A stretch of DNA of 64,000 nucleotides from a virus, in IMG/VR virus record IMGVR_UViG_3300031466_000074; one strand, 5' to 3'. Position 1 is the stretch's first letter, and the number at the start of each line of letters is the position of its first letter. Both the position numbers and the translations under genes were made by a program. Positions 1 through 10,417 of this stretch are shown piece by piece. The notes beneath the pieces were generated by a model, which was given only the letters and a program-made list of their open reading frames with translations, was not told the DNA's origin and did no database searches.

Positions 1-16
1 GCAAATGGGGGCGCTC

Positions 17-892
17 TCAACCCACCGACAAAGCACCACGAAGCGCCCCGTGGTGCTTATAATTTTCAAGGGTGACCCACGCAGGATCAAAGTCAAACAG
101 ATCAGTAAGTTGCGGATCGATACGAAGCGTCGGGAGCGGGAAAGGCTCGCGGCGCAGTTGCTCTTTCACTTGCTCGACGTGATTCAGATAAATATGAGCA
201 TCACCAAAGGTGTGAATGAACCGACCCGGCTTCAACCCCGTCACATGCGCGATCAAATGGACGAGTAACGCGTAGGACGCGATGTTGAACGGTACCCCCA
301 AGAACATGTCTGCTGACCGTTGATACAACTTACAAGACAAAAGCCCATCTTGAACATAGAACTGGAACAAAACATGGCACGGCGGGAGTGCCATTTGATC
401 GAGATCGGACACATTCCACGCCGAAACGATAATGCGACGAGAAGAAGGATCATTCTTGATCTGATCCAAAGCTATCGAGAGTTGATCGATTCCTTCAATA
501 CCCCACGAACGCCACTGCTTCCCATAAACTGGTCCGAGTTCCCCATTGTCATTAAGGAACTGTTCATCCTCCCGGAGCCTTTGCTTGAACTCCTTAAGCG
601 AAAGCGTTCCACCACGCTGACGATACACACGATGTGCATCAGGTGTCCAAATGTTGACGTTGTTTTGCAGAAGATAACGAAGATGCGTATCCCCCTTCAA
701 AAACCACGCCAACTCGTGAACGATGCGTGGGAAGTTTTCCCTCATGTCCTTGGTGGTCATGAGCGGAAAACCTTCCGACAAGTCATACTCGACTTGCCCA
801 CCAAAGTGTGAGATCGTACCAGTACCCGTTCGATCCCCACGAACCGCACCCTGCTCAAGGATCTGCCGACAATGATCCAAGTACTGCCGCAA
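17..892 (-). CDS. thyA: thymidylate synthase
   Basis: [43 protein letters not shown] and GDAHIY motifs. Confidence 0.97.
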   Translation of the reverse strand: MRQYLDHCRQILEQGAVRGDRTGTGTISHFGGQVEYDLSEGFPLMTTKDMRENFPRIVHELAWFLKGDTHLRYLLQNNVNIWTPDAHRVYRQRGGTLSLKEFKQRLREDEQFLNDNGELGPVYGKQWRSWGIEGIDQLSIALDQIKNDPSSRRIIVSAWNVSDLDQMALPPCHVLFQFYVQDGLLSCKLYQRSADMFLGVPFNIASYALLVHLIAHVTGLKPGRFIHTFGDAHIYLNHVEQVKEQLRREPFPLPTLRIDPQLTDLFDFDPAWVTLENYKHHGALRGALSVG

Positions 893-916
893 AGAAATAA
901 CCCCCTAGTGGAAATG

Positions 917-1354
917 TTACAGCTTCGACTGGATAAACTTGATAAGTTGACTGCTCAATTTAACTTCTTTGCTGACCTTACCAATATACAACGTCGCCTT
1001 GTCCGAACCCGGTTTCCCAGTAAGCAAAATATCCACACCCTCAGAATAAACCCGAGCAGACAAAATGTACGTCCCATCGTCACGGAGAGAAACATCAAGA
1101 TTCGTTGCAGTAACAATGGATGCCAATACTTTGTCAACCTGTTCTTGCGCTAATGTCTTAGCAACTTCCTTCGGTGCTTCCCGTACCTCCTCCGGTACAT
1201 ACACATACCCCCATACCGCCACGCCGAATACAATCAGCGTCAACAGAAGCCACTTAATCACACTCTTGATAATACGCACAAGAATAAAAGCGACAAGCAA
1301 AATACCCATCAAGTACAAATAATTCTCCTCAACGAATGCCAAAACCTGATCCAT
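917..1354 (-). CDS. hypothetical membrane protein
   Basis: Two N-terminal hydrophobic helices; RBS GAGGTG. Confidence 0.7.
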   Translation of the reverse strand: MDQVLAFVEENYLYLMGILLVAFILVRIIKSVIKWLLLTLIVFGVAVWGYVYVPEEVREAPKEVAKTLAQEQVDKVLASIVTATNLDVSLRDDGTYILSARVYSEGVDILLTGKPGSDKATLYIGKVSKEVKLSSQLIKFIQSKL

Positions 1355-1506
1355 AATGAATCACCTCTTTTAAGTTGGTAAGGTACCAAACCCGTCGTGA
1401 TGGCTAAAGGAAATCGCAGGTTCCACCAACTCCGTAATCACTCGTGGGTATTGGTATCCGTCAAATACAGACTACCAAAACAATCTTCGACCAAATACAC
1501 CGAACA

Positions 1507-2001
1507 CTACCCCCTGACAAAAGCTTCATAGACAGCAGGGTTAAACTCGACCACCACAAAGCGCGTTCGATGCTCCTGCAAATACTTCTGATACAACGAC
1601 TTAAGCTGTGCTGGATCAAGTCTTCCTACCCCCGTGCCGAGAAGCGGCAGGGCTATCGCCGTAGCCTGCGAAGAAGATGCAAACTGCACCAAATTCCTCA
1701 AGCACGACTCCACAATACTGTAAGTCGAATGCCGTCCGGGAGCAGGAACAGAAGCCAAATGAATAATCCCACGATAAGGGAGATTTCCAGCAGAAGTAAC
1801 ATAGATACCGCCCGCTTTCACTCGGTAAGTCTGCGCGACACGACGAACCTCTTCAAGAAAACGTTCGCCCGCCGCCCGAGCGATGGCTCCAGCCACACCA
1901 GCACCCATGATCCCCTGCGGATTTGCCGCGTTGCAGATGTACTCAACCCCACGAATTTGCGTAATATCACCGATAGCGGACTCCAACATAACAATAACCA
2001 C
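1507..2001 (-). CDS. macro domain (ADP-ribose binding/hydrolase) protein
   Basis: GDIT, CNAAN, MGAGVAGAI and ALPLLGTGVG motifs. Confidence 0.9.
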   Translation of the reverse strand: MVIVMLESAIGDITQIRGVEYICNAANPQGIMGAGVAGAIARAAGERFLEEVRRVAQTYRVKAGGIYVTSAGNLPYRGIIHLASVPAPGRHSTYSIVESCLRNLVQFASSSQATAIALPLLGTGVGRLDPAQLKSLYQKYLQEHRTRFVVVEFNPAVYEAFVRG

Positions 2002-2057
2002 CTCGAATCAAGAACATACCTAGTATATTCTATGTTCAATGACTGTAATGGAAAAGA

Positions 2058-2738
2058 TCAACAGAAAACCAAAGCCTTTTCCGTTTCCTGCTCTTGCAGG
2101 AGCGAGTCATACTTGTCCTGCAAAAGCGAAATTACCGCATTGAAAGCATACTCCATCAAACCGAAACGAGAGTCTAAATCAAGATCAGAAGCCCCATTAC
2201 ACTTAAGATCTTGCAAAGAAAGTACCCCCGTAAACGGTTGCAAGTAAACTCGCTGAGTGGCATCATCCCAAACAAAACAGTCAAGACTCAGATTCATACA
2301 GAACAAACCTTCAGCAGAAAGAGTGTCTCTTATAGACTCAAACTGACGCAAAAGGTGCTGAAAGTCAAGACACAGCAGATCCACTTCAGAAAGAGAAACC
2401 CCACTAGAAACAAACAATTCGAATACCCCCTCCTTGAACAGGAGTGGGGAGAAGCTGAAGGGCTGTTGCGAAAACCGACGATGCGTCTCCAAAGACGTCC
2501 TGTAGACAGACTGCGAGAAAACCCGCAGGAGAAAACGCTGACCCGCAGTACCCCAAGTCCAGACCGTATAAGCCGCACTATCAATTTGTACCTTTCCTTC
2601 AGTCACTACCAAATTCACAAAATCTTGCGGTGAAAGTTTAAGACCACAAGAGGAAAAGGAGCGAATAAGATCATAGTCATACTTATTTACAAGAGTCGTC
2701 AAACGATGCAAGTCATGAGCAAGAAGAAAACGCGACAA
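2058..2738 (-). CDS. hypothetical protein
   Basis: 226-aa ORF in gene string with RBS AAGGAG. Confidence 0.6.
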   Translation of the reverse strand: MSRFLLAHDLHRLTTLVNKYDYDLIRSFSSCGLKLSPQDFVNLVVTEGKVQIDSAAYTVWTWGTAGQRFLLRVFSQSVYRTSLETHRRFSQQPFSFSPLLFKEGVFELFVSSGVSLSEVDLLCLDFQHLLRQFESIRDTLSAEGLFCMNLSLDCFVWDDATQRVYLQPFTGVLSLQDLKCNGASDLDLDSRFGLMEYAFNAVISLLQDKYDSLLQEQETEKALVFC

Positions 2739-2752
2739 CAGAACTACACTCC

Positions 2753-3289
2753 TTATGATAAAAGTCTCGAATGATGCAACTTAAAAGAAATCGAACTTAC
2801 TGGAACACCAGTACCAACAAACGAATGCGCTTTTCCATTCTGCCAAATATGCACAAACAGACGACCTTCCGCCTTATACAACCAAACAAAGGCGTAGTAA
2901 TGAGGGGTGAAAGGTAAACTACCCTTGAGCGCTAATTCATACCGACCATGATTGTATAACCAAAACTCACACCCCTTTATTGTAGAGGGTTGAGTGTGAC
3001 TTTCAGAGGGAGTAAACCTACCTTTATACCCGCTCATCAAGGTGAAAACTGGAGTGCGCTCGGCTTCACAAAATAAATAAGCTGTCATCCCTTTCGCTTT
3101 CAAACGGTAAAGAAGTAAGCTTCGATACTCATCAATTTCCCGAGAAACAGGCTTACGTTGAAAGAGATGCAAAACACCTTGCACTCGAAAAGGTACGTTA
3201 TATATGCAAACTTCCTCTCCGCATTCGAGCTTAAAAAACGGAGGAAGATTGGATGTATATAGCATCCTATTCTTCGCTTTCGTAGGCAT
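2753..3289 (-). CDS. hypothetical protein
   Basis: 178-aa ORF, RBS GGGGTGG. Confidence 0.6.
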   Translation of the reverse strand: MPTKAKNRMLYTSNLPPFFKLECGEEVCIYNVPFRVQGVLHLFQRKPVSREIDEYRSLLLYRLKAKGMTAYLFCEAERTPVFTLMSGYKGRFTPSESHTQPSTIKGCEFWLYNHGRYELALKGSLPFTPHYYAFVWLYKAEGRLFVHIWQNGKAHSFVGTGVPVSSISFKLHHSRLLS

Positions 3290-3353
3290 AAAACCACCCC
3301 AAATGGCGTGAAATTAGCACTCCGCGAATGCAGAGTGCTTGTGACAAAACATA

Positions 3354-3917
3354 TCACTTACTCTGAACAAAAGCGCGAAACCTAGATGCATCATTTACAT
3401 AGAGTAGCTTGAGCGCGGGTTTCTTTCGAGTGGGCGGCTGAAACAACTCCACAAATCGATAACCGATAGACTGATGAAACGTGATTGAAGGATAATTCTT
3501 ATTATCTATCGAAAGGAAAACCGGACAGTCCGGCGGTAAGTGCTGGAACAAATATTCATTCAGCGCCCGCCCATACCCCTTACGTCTTTCAATCGGGTCA
3601 ACACAAATCTGAAAAAGATAGTAGAAGTTACCCCGATGGTGACGAGAAACCAAAAGTCGCAGATCATGAAGAAGGGGAATCTCTCGTTTGAAAGACCCCT
3701 TCAAGAATGCTACAACCTTCCCTTGCGACTCTAAAACCAGAAACAGCTTCGAGCGCTTAATAGATTGGCGGTACATCTTAAAAGTATCCGTCGTAGAAAT
3801 GATACCCCTCGCTTGCAAGTCCTGCACAATACGAAAGATCTCAGGGGTGTCCGAAACCCGCGCTCGACGGATAACAAAATCCTCTATGAGGTCTCCCTCC
3901 TTCTGGGTCGATCCCAT
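3354..3917 (-). CDS. GNAT family N-acetyltransferase (start uncertain)
   Basis: IRRARVSD; QICVDPIERRKGYGRAL acetyl-CoA motif; NYPSITFHQSIGY. Confidence 0.85.
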   Translation of the reverse strand: MGSTQKEGDLIEDFVIRRARVSDTPEIFRIVQDLQARGIISTTDTFKMYRQSIKRSKLFLVLESQGKVVAFLKGSFKREIPLLHDLRLLVSRHHRGNFYYLFQICVDPIERRKGYGRALNEYLFQHLPPDCPVFLSIDNKNYPSITFHQSIGYRFVELFQPPTRKKPALKLLYVNDASRFRAFVQSK

Positions 3918-4525
3918 TGATGTTTCCGCTTGGACTGATGCTTCCAAGAGCGGTAATAATTACGTCCTCCTGCCAGACGATACGAAGGAAGCGCCCGCGC
4001 CTTTCTCGAAGGGCGAATATACGGCGCATGTTCCTCATCCAAAGACAGTTTCCGCTCCTGAAAAGTTTGCGGATTCTTACAAACCGCTCCCTTCTTCCAA
4101 CGACCCGTATGAGGTACCGGAGTTTGCCGGAAAATCACCGTGATCCTCGGATGCTTCCCCTTCCGCCGAAGCGCCCAATCAGGTTGCGACTTCAATGACG
4201 GATAGGAAAAATTTGCGATTTCATACCAAAAGTCACGCATGTCCATGACCCGCCCAAGCGGATCGAAGAAAATCAAATTACGCACCCCGGACGACTCCAG
4301 ACCCGGTACGGTATAGTACGCCTCGCGAGGTGAGAAAGCCAAGAGTTCCCCCAACAAGCGATTCGCTTTCTCATACGGCAACAGATGCGGATTCGAGGGG
4401 ATATTAATGTCGCTACCCCACCACGAGTACCAACGATTATAACGAGCGCAGTACGCGATGACCTCCTCGAAGGAGTGGAAGACAGTGACCGTGTTCTTCA
4501 ACGTATTCCACATGCGGTATCTCAT
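3884..4525 (-). CDS. hypothetical basic protein
   Basis: RBS AGGAGGA before ATG 4525; basic C-terminus RSWKHQSKRKHQW. Confidence 0.65.
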   Translation of the reverse strand: MRYRMWNTLKNTVTVFHSFEEVIAYCARYNRWYSWWGSDINIPSNPHLLPYEKANRLLGELLAFSPREAYYTVPGLESSGVRNLIFFDPLGRVMDMRDFWYEIANFSYPSLKSQPDWALRRKGKHPRITVIFRQTPVPHTGRWKKGAVCKNPQTFQERKLSLDEEHAPYIRPSRKARALPSYRLAGGRNYYRSWKHQSKRKHQWDRPRRRETS

Positions 4526-4759
4526 GATCCTAGTCCTCCTTGAGAGATCTTCCAAACTGGTACTTAGTATAAAAAACCAGTCCCAAGAAAACAAGCAAGT
4601 ACCCTAAAAAGAAATGAAGGTTTGAAGTATAAAAAATACCGAGTAGACTGACTACCGATCTACCCGGTCAAGTAAAAGGAGGAATACCAGTTTTTATACT
4701 ACAAAACTAGTCCAATAACGTCAATAATATATCCGTATGTTTATCCAAAAGTCAAAAGT

Positions 4760-5065
4760 AAAAAAAAGCACCGGGCGATACGAGTACCCGGTCGAACAGA
4801 GAAAAGGAGATTGGATTAAACGAGACAAGCGAAGGAGAGATCCGAAAGGGGCGAGTAGTCCTTTCAAAACCCCACCCGAGTGTAACCGAAGGAGGATGGC
4901 GTACCTCTCCCGCGAGAGGAACAGGGCTTATCGGGATCACCTCACGAGTAAAATCCCAAAGTCTCCCCATTTTTCAACGCCACTGCGTTACACGCTTACT
5001 TACCCTCCCAAGCGTTCAGCCAAGTCGGATGAGGTTTTGAAAGGACTACCACAACCACCTTTCGC
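4760..5065 (-). ncRNA. candidate stand-alone structured ncRNA (~300 nt)
   Basis: Own sigmaA promoter and U8 terminator; 25-bp helix 5025-5049/4855-4879 whose two mismatches are G-U pairs on the minus strand. Confidence 0.7.
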
Positions 5066-5070
5066 TATCT

Positions 5071-5099
5071 ATCTTACACCCCTAGTCAAAAAGCGTCAA
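5071..5099 (-). promoter_or_regulatory. sigmaA-type promoter
   Basis: TTGACG-17 bp-TAAGAT. Confidence 0.75.
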
Positions 5100-5136
5100 C
5101 AAAGAAGTCAAAAGAAATTTACCAGAATCTCCTGAA

Positions 5137-6279
5137 TTACTGCGAACTCAACGCCTCCGGCGAAATCGAGTCCTCATCCGTGAAAGACACAACCTCCCCA
5201 TCCTCAACAGAAATCAGCGAATCGAACAAAGCATCAAACAAGGGTTGCAAATCGCTGGCTTCTCGAACCGAATACCGACGAGAACTCATACCCCGACGCA
5301 TTTTAACCAGCGTCGCCTTCGTCTTGATAGCGCTTTGCAAGAAGGTTGAATGCCGAGTTACCAAATCGTTTAACGGTTCACAAAGACGAATGAAGTTTTG
5401 CACATTTCTGCGCTTTTTACGCGCTTCCGACAGACGGAAAACCACATCTTCAAGCGTATATTGATCCAAATCCAGAAGCTCCAACGCATGAAGATAGTCC
5501 TGCGTTTCCCTGTCATAGAGTGACAAGGCTTTATTCGCTTCATCCAACAAAGGAGCGACCTGATTGAGTGAAGCGATAACTTTCTCCAACTCCACAACCG
5601 GATAATACCCCTCAAAAGTGAAATCTGCATCCGGGTCGACTTCCGACTCCGGCTTTACCTCAACAACAGCTTCCGCAGTCTCCTCAGAAGAATCAACCGG
5701 ACTAGCTGTCAACCGGGCAACCAGCTCCTCCATAGGCATGGTAGCGATAAGATCAGCAACAGTAGTATCACCTACCCCATGCTGGAGTTTGTTTACGATG
5801 TCTTCTGAGAAAGAAGATACTTCCGATGTCGTTGCTTCCGATTCGGAATCTTCTTGAGTAGCCGCTTGGAAACTAGCACTCCACTCGTTCCAGAAAGATT
5901 CAAGCATCGAATGTGCCGTAGGATCATGCTTCGCAAGCAAACCAAACTGCGTCATATACCGTTGGAACGATTCCAACGGTCGAAAAGCATGCTCGAAAAA
6001 GATATAATTGGCGATATCGACCGGATTATCTGAATCAACAACCGGAAGATGCCGTTGCGAGAAAATGAGATTAATAACCTCGCCAACATCATTTTCGAGA
6101 GAAGTGAACATATGCTTGTAGCTTTTCGCCATCCTACCCCCAATATCCCTGACACGCTCACGAACACGAATCAGACGATTGTACACCTCTTGTGCCTGAT
6201 ATACGTGTTGCCTCATAAGATACTCCTCCATATTCGACGAGGAAGCGTGAGCAGTCGCAGTATGAATAGGCATACTCAT
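5137..6279 (-). CDS. hypothetical acidic/coiled-coil protein
   Basis: 380-aa ORF, RBS GGGGGTG. Confidence 0.7.
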   Translation of the reverse strand: MSMPIHTATAHASSSNMEEYLMRQHVYQAQEVYNRLIRVRERVRDIGGRMAKSYKHMFTSLENDVGEVINLIFSQRHLPVVDSDNPVDIANYIFFEHAFRPLESFQRYMTQFGLLAKHDPTAHSMLESFWNEWSASFQAATQEDSESEATTSEVSSFSEDIVNKLQHGVGDTTVADLIATMPMEELVARLTASPVDSSEETAEAVVEVKPESEVDPDADFTFEGYYPVVELEKVIASLNQVAPLLDEANKALSLYDRETQDYLHALELLDLDQYTLEDVVFRLSEARKKRRNVQNFIRLCEPLNDLVTRHSTFLQSAIKTKATLVKMRRGMSSRRYSVREASDLQPLFDALFDSLISVEDGEVVSFTDEDSISPEALSSQ

Positions 6280-6342
6280 AAAACACCCCCAAATTTTAAG
6301 TACCTGTTATACCACAGGTTGAAGCAAAAGTGCTAAAAAGAA

Positions 6343-6369
6343 ACATCGCCATCCTAACGATGGCGATGT
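6343..6369 (-). terminator. intrinsic terminator
   Basis: ACATCGCCATC/GATGGCGATGT hairpin followed by U-rich tract on minus strand. Confidence 0.75.
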
Positions 6370-6409
6370 CCATAGGAAATAACCCTACTGCACTGTAAAA
6401 GAAGATTCC

Positions 6410-9058
6410 TTAATTAACGCTAGGAATGGGATGCTTTTGAAGGTCTTCCTCATACCCCGGATAGTCGTACAGAAAACCAAGTTCAACAACAAACGGACGC
6501 ATACGGTCTTCAAAGGTTTTATAGAGCGCGTTGAACTCCCTCAACTGCTCCGGCATATACTCCCGCAACACCCCCTTAATTTGATACCAACCCGCGTCCC
6601 ATGCAGTGATATGATACTCGGGGTGTTCCTGATGGAACAACTTACGGTACTTAAAGGAGTCACGAACAAGTTGACGCGCCATATTCAAAACCGCCTGTGC
6701 GTCTGGCGAGAGGTTGACCTGTTGGAGCTTCTCATAGACAAAACGCTCAGTTTGACCATGTGCTTCAAGATCATGATAGACCTCATCGTTCGGGTTATCC
6801 CCAAGAGCGAGCTGATGCAGATCATTCCGAGACATGAAGAAGAAATGGTTATAAATGTCATGAGAAGCATCCTTATATTCAATACCCCGCAACGAGGATT
6901 GATTCGATGCAGAATTGAACAGAGCATACACAATGGCGTCCGCTTCCCACTGAGAATACAGTGGATGCGAAATATTCGGCTTGAGGTACTCATCCTTAGA
7001 GTTGACCCAAGTCGCATAATTCCCTGTTATCAGTCTTCGAGCGGTAAAGTACGCCATATTCCGCATGAAATTCCCTTCGACGATTTGCCAACCATGTGCA
7101 TTTGCAAAAGCACTGCTAACAATGCAAACATAAGAGTTGTTATGCTCAACCTTATTCGAAGCGGCAGTAAAGATATACCCCATAGCACCTTCACACAGAC
7201 GTCCGACACCCTTTTCCTTCACATTGATGGCATTTTTCAACTGCGGAGCATCGAACGTCCGAAGCCCAACCAAAGGCTCCTTACACCAAGTAGTAGCGGA
7301 CGTCTCATTATCCACGCTATAAAATCGCTTAGTGCCTACAGTTACGGGCTGTCCTACACGACCCTCTTTCACTGGAAGCACATAAACCCCAGTGCTACTG
7401 GTAGGTTCCTCATCCGTCCATAAAGTAAACGAAATACCCCAGTTGGAAGAAACGTCCGCGAACTCAGAAGCCTGAAAAACCATACCGTCGATCAAAGTCA
7501 ACTTAGAAATCAAATTATCCCGGAAAAGCCGGAACGAGTTGCCCGTCATAAAAAGAGGTGGGCTAAAAAGTCCAAGCGTCACCGATACCCCAAACAAGAG
7601 CTTAAGGGTGTAAATACGGTAAATGAACTGTGCATAAAGCTGTTGCGTCGCCGCACCCATGTTGTCTCGACGCATGAACTCAGCAAGTTTGGTTGCGGCG
7701 ATACCCACTTTCTTCTCTTTGCCCGTAATCGCGGAAGACATTTCCCCGCTTGTCCCATACGGTGGATTAATGAAGAACAACAACTTCTTACCCTCAAGCA
7801 TACTCCTGATCAAGCTAGGAGCTTTCTGCCACAGCTTGGAACCATAAAAGTCCCTCTCGGTAAGATTATACCCTTTAGCAACTTTTTGCCGAAGACCCTC
7901 AAACAACTCAACATCGTCATTGAGAAAATCGTATTGAAACTTGGCTTGGGCGTTAAGATTATACTTTTTACCGATCTCAAGATCATGGTCATGCAAAGTC
8001 GAACAATACAGCTCCGAAAAATTATAATCGCGAGTGAGGTTTCCCGTACCCCACGCGCAGTCCCAAACCACGTACTCATCCTTCCAATTCGCCCCAAGAT
8101 GTTGAGAAAGGATCTTGTTCGCTTCATCCACCCAAACCGTAGGTGTGTAGAAATCCCCTTTGCGCCGACGATCAGAATCCTCGATCAGTCGGTCAGCGAT
8201 AGCCGTGAACTCTTTCTTCTCAAGGGCGTTATAGTTAAACTCATAGTAATTGGTAAAGGACGAAAAAGCATCCGAGTTGACTTGCACCTCTACCCCATCT
8301 ATAACGGCACGACCCTTTTTGCGAGGATGCAAATAACAGTCGTCTTGATGAAGTACGAGCTTCATGAAATACTCAACTTGCTCACGTGGAGTATAAAGTG
8401 ATTCCCCCGAAAGCTTGCGTTTCAAGATGTGCATAGAAAAACGCTCGAAAATCTTAGAGATATTCCGCTCGGTGATGCGAGATTTCGTCTTTACACCCGT
8501 GACCAACCGCCAGATATCCTTCACAACATCCTCAAAGTCAAAATTATCGTCAATGATGTGAACGAAACAGTTGGATTGAAGGACTTCATCCGATGTAAGT
8601 GCTTCGACCAATTCCACACTTCGAGAACCCGCAAGACTCGGAGCGATAGACCAATCGCAGTTGAAATTGAGGTAATTTTGCAGATAGTTGATATGCACAA
8701 CAAAACACTCGTTACGATCACCAACAAAGATGATGTTCGGAAGTTCATCCCCGGCATCTTCAAAGCGCTTCAGATAGTAGACAACCTGCGCCAATACTTT
8801 CGAACGAACGACTGCATTGGTAAACGATTCGTCCATTTTGGTCTCAATGATAATGCGAAAGACGCGAGGTGCACCATCGAACAAAAACTCGCCATCCAAA
8901 ATACCATCCGTATTGTAAAGAGTTTTGATGCTTTGAACGTGCCCGCCGAGATCGCTGATTCCTTTGCGAAGGGCTTCGTGATAAATCGCCTCAACACGTT
9001 TCTCCGAATCCGCCGAACGAAGCTCGTTAATAAACCTAGTACTCGGCAAAGATACCAC
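6410..9058 (-). CDS. Type IIG-like restriction-modification fusion (PD-(D/E)XK nuclease + N6-adenine methyltransferase)
   Basis: N-terminal TDG...IETK...QVVYY; GDFYTP, VWDCAWGTGNL (motif I) and INPPY (motif IV). Confidence 0.8.
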   Translation of the reverse strand: MVSLPSTRFINELRSADSEKRVEAIYHEALRKGISDLGGHVQSIKTLYNTDGILDGEFLFDGAPRVFRIIIETKMDESFTNAVVRSKVLAQVVYYLKRFEDAGDELPNIIFVGDRNECFVVHINYLQNYLNFNCDWSIAPSLAGSRSVELVEALTSDEVLQSNCFVHIIDDNFDFEDVVKDIWRLVTGVKTKSRITERNISKIFERFSMHILKRKLSGESLYTPREQVEYFMKLVLHQDDCYLHPRKKGRAVIDGVEVQVNSDAFSSFTNYYEFNYNALEKKEFTAIADRLIEDSDRRRKGDFYTPTVWVDEANKILSQHLGANWKDEYVVWDCAWGTGNLTRDYNFSELYCSTLHDHDLEIGKKYNLNAQAKFQYDFLNDDVELFEGLRQKVAKGYNLTERDFYGSKLWQKAPSLIRSMLEGKKLLFFINPPYGTSGEMSSAITGKEKKVGIAATKLAEFMRRDNMGAATQQLYAQFIYRIYTLKLLFGVSVTLGLFSPPLFMTGNSFRLFRDNLISKLTLIDGMVFQASEFADVSSNWGISFTLWTDEEPTSSTGVYVLPVKEGRVGQPVTVGTKRFYSVDNETSATTWCKEPLVGLRTFDAPQLKNAINVKEKGVGRLCEGAMGYIFTAASNKVEHNNSYVCIVSSAFANAHGWQIVEGNFMRNMAYFTARRLITGNYATWVNSKDEYLKPNISHPLYSQWEADAIVYALFNSASNQSSLRGIEYKDASHDIYNHFFFMSRNDLHQLALGDNPNDEVYHDLEAHGQTERFVYEKLQQVNLSPDAQAVLNMARQLVRDSFKYRKLFHQEHPEYHITAWDAGWYQIKGVLREYMPEQLREFNALYKTFEDRMRPFVVELGFLYDYPGYEEDLQKHPIPSVN

Positions 9059-9184
9059 CTCTAATTTTTAAGAAGTTACAGTGGTATCAAGCCAGTTGGT
9101 TTATTTCTGTAAAAATGCAAATTAAGTCAAAAATAAACAAAAAGACACCAGCATGTGGCTGGTGTCCACGAAAAACGAGTCTAA

Positions 9185-9523
9185 TTATACACTAAAGATA
9201 ATGTCGCGATCAGGAAAAGACAAACGAAGAAAAGTATCAGACATGTACGCTTGCTTCAAAGTCTTCAAGTTATGTCGGAATTCATTACCCCGACCCGTCA
9301 CTGGAAAACGGAGAATAAGTCGAGCATTGACCTTACGTCTGCCTGAAATACCCCCTCGAACCTTTACATAGTCAGGAGCCAAGGTAAAAATCGCCGCACG
9401 ACCATTTTCAATAAGCGTCACGCGAGAGTACTTCAAAGAAAGAACATGATTACAAAGTGCTTCAAAAACGGTGTACAGACTAACAGGTACGCCACCAGCT
9501 ATAACATTAGAAGGCATTGTCAC
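9185..9523 (-). CDS. hypothetical protein
   Basis: Overlaps stop of upstream NTase gene; RBS GGGAGG. Confidence 0.55.
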   Translation of the reverse strand: MTMPSNVIAGGVPVSLYTVFEALCNHVLSLKYSRVTLIENGRAAIFTLAPDYVKVRGGISGRRKVNARLILRFPVTGRGNEFRHNLKTLKQAYMSDTFLRLSFPDRDIIFSV

Positions 9524-10373
9524 CCTCCCCTTTCATTCGTAAATCCGCTCCTTCCTTTTCCAATACCAAGTCATCCCAAAGGGTGATCGAGCAAAGTCCA
9601 GAACGCGGAAAATAAATCATATGCGGAGTAATCCTAGACTTCGCCTTTTTAGAAAGTGCACACCAAGCGATAAAATTCACCGGACGTCCGAGATCTGCAG
9701 AAAGGCGAGATTGAAAATACTTCCGAAATGCCGTATTCAATGGAATAGCTTCAGGAGTCTTCCGCGTGACTGTATCGAACAGCACAAGATCAACATCGCT
9801 GAGTTCATTCTGCTGATTTCTCGCAAAACTCCCAAAAAGTCCTACTCCTGTAAGAAAGCTACGTGTATCACGGGAAACTATCTCAAAAACTTCAGCTTGC
9901 GACAGATCCCGACGATACCAAGAAGTCTGTTGCATCAAAGAAACAATTTTGTCCAACCCTTCCTCGGTGATAAAGGAACGAGAGACACTCTTAGAAATTC
10001 CACGTAACAGAGGGTGCATTCGACCCGCATCGTATGTCACTCGAGATGTAACCATCTTTTCCCGTTCGAGTTTATCGAGAAACTTTGGAAACATACGGCG
10101 AAGAATCATATGTCTTTCAGGAGACATATATACCCCCAACCGCCCATGAATGTCCTCCTGCTCACGGAAAACAAAGTCATCCTTCTTCAAATCATTCAAC
10201 AAAGTGATCGAGAGATCAAACCACTCCATAGGGGAAAGAATAGACGACAACTCAGGTAAGAAAGACGCAAACTGCACCTTCCGATGAAACAGACTTTTAT
10301 TACTGGTGTACTCGGAAGCATTGAAAGTATCTTCGATTCCTCCAAAAACAGACTGCTCATATGAAGTTACCAT
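9507..10373 (-). CDS. pol-beta superfamily nucleotidyltransferase domain protein
   Basis: GLFGSFARNQQNELSDVDLVL = hGS...DxD signature. Confidence 0.8.
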   Translation of the reverse strand: MVTSYEQSVFGGIEDTFNASEYTSNKSLFHRKVQFASFLPELSSILSPMEWFDLSITLLNDLKKDDFVFREQEDIHGRLGVYMSPERHMILRRMFPKFLDKLEREKMVTSRVTYDAGRMHPLLRGISKSVSRSFITEEGLDKIVSLMQQTSWYRRDLSQAEVFEIVSRDTRSFLTGVGLFGSFARNQQNELSDVDLVLFDTVTRKTPEAIPLNTAFRKYFQSRLSADLGRPVNFIAWCALSKKAKSRITPHMIYFPRSGLCSITLWDDLVLEKEGADLRMKGEGDNAF

Positions 10374-10417
10374 CTCTATACCCCTCCCTATCCCCTGATT
10401 GACTCACATAAGCGAAA

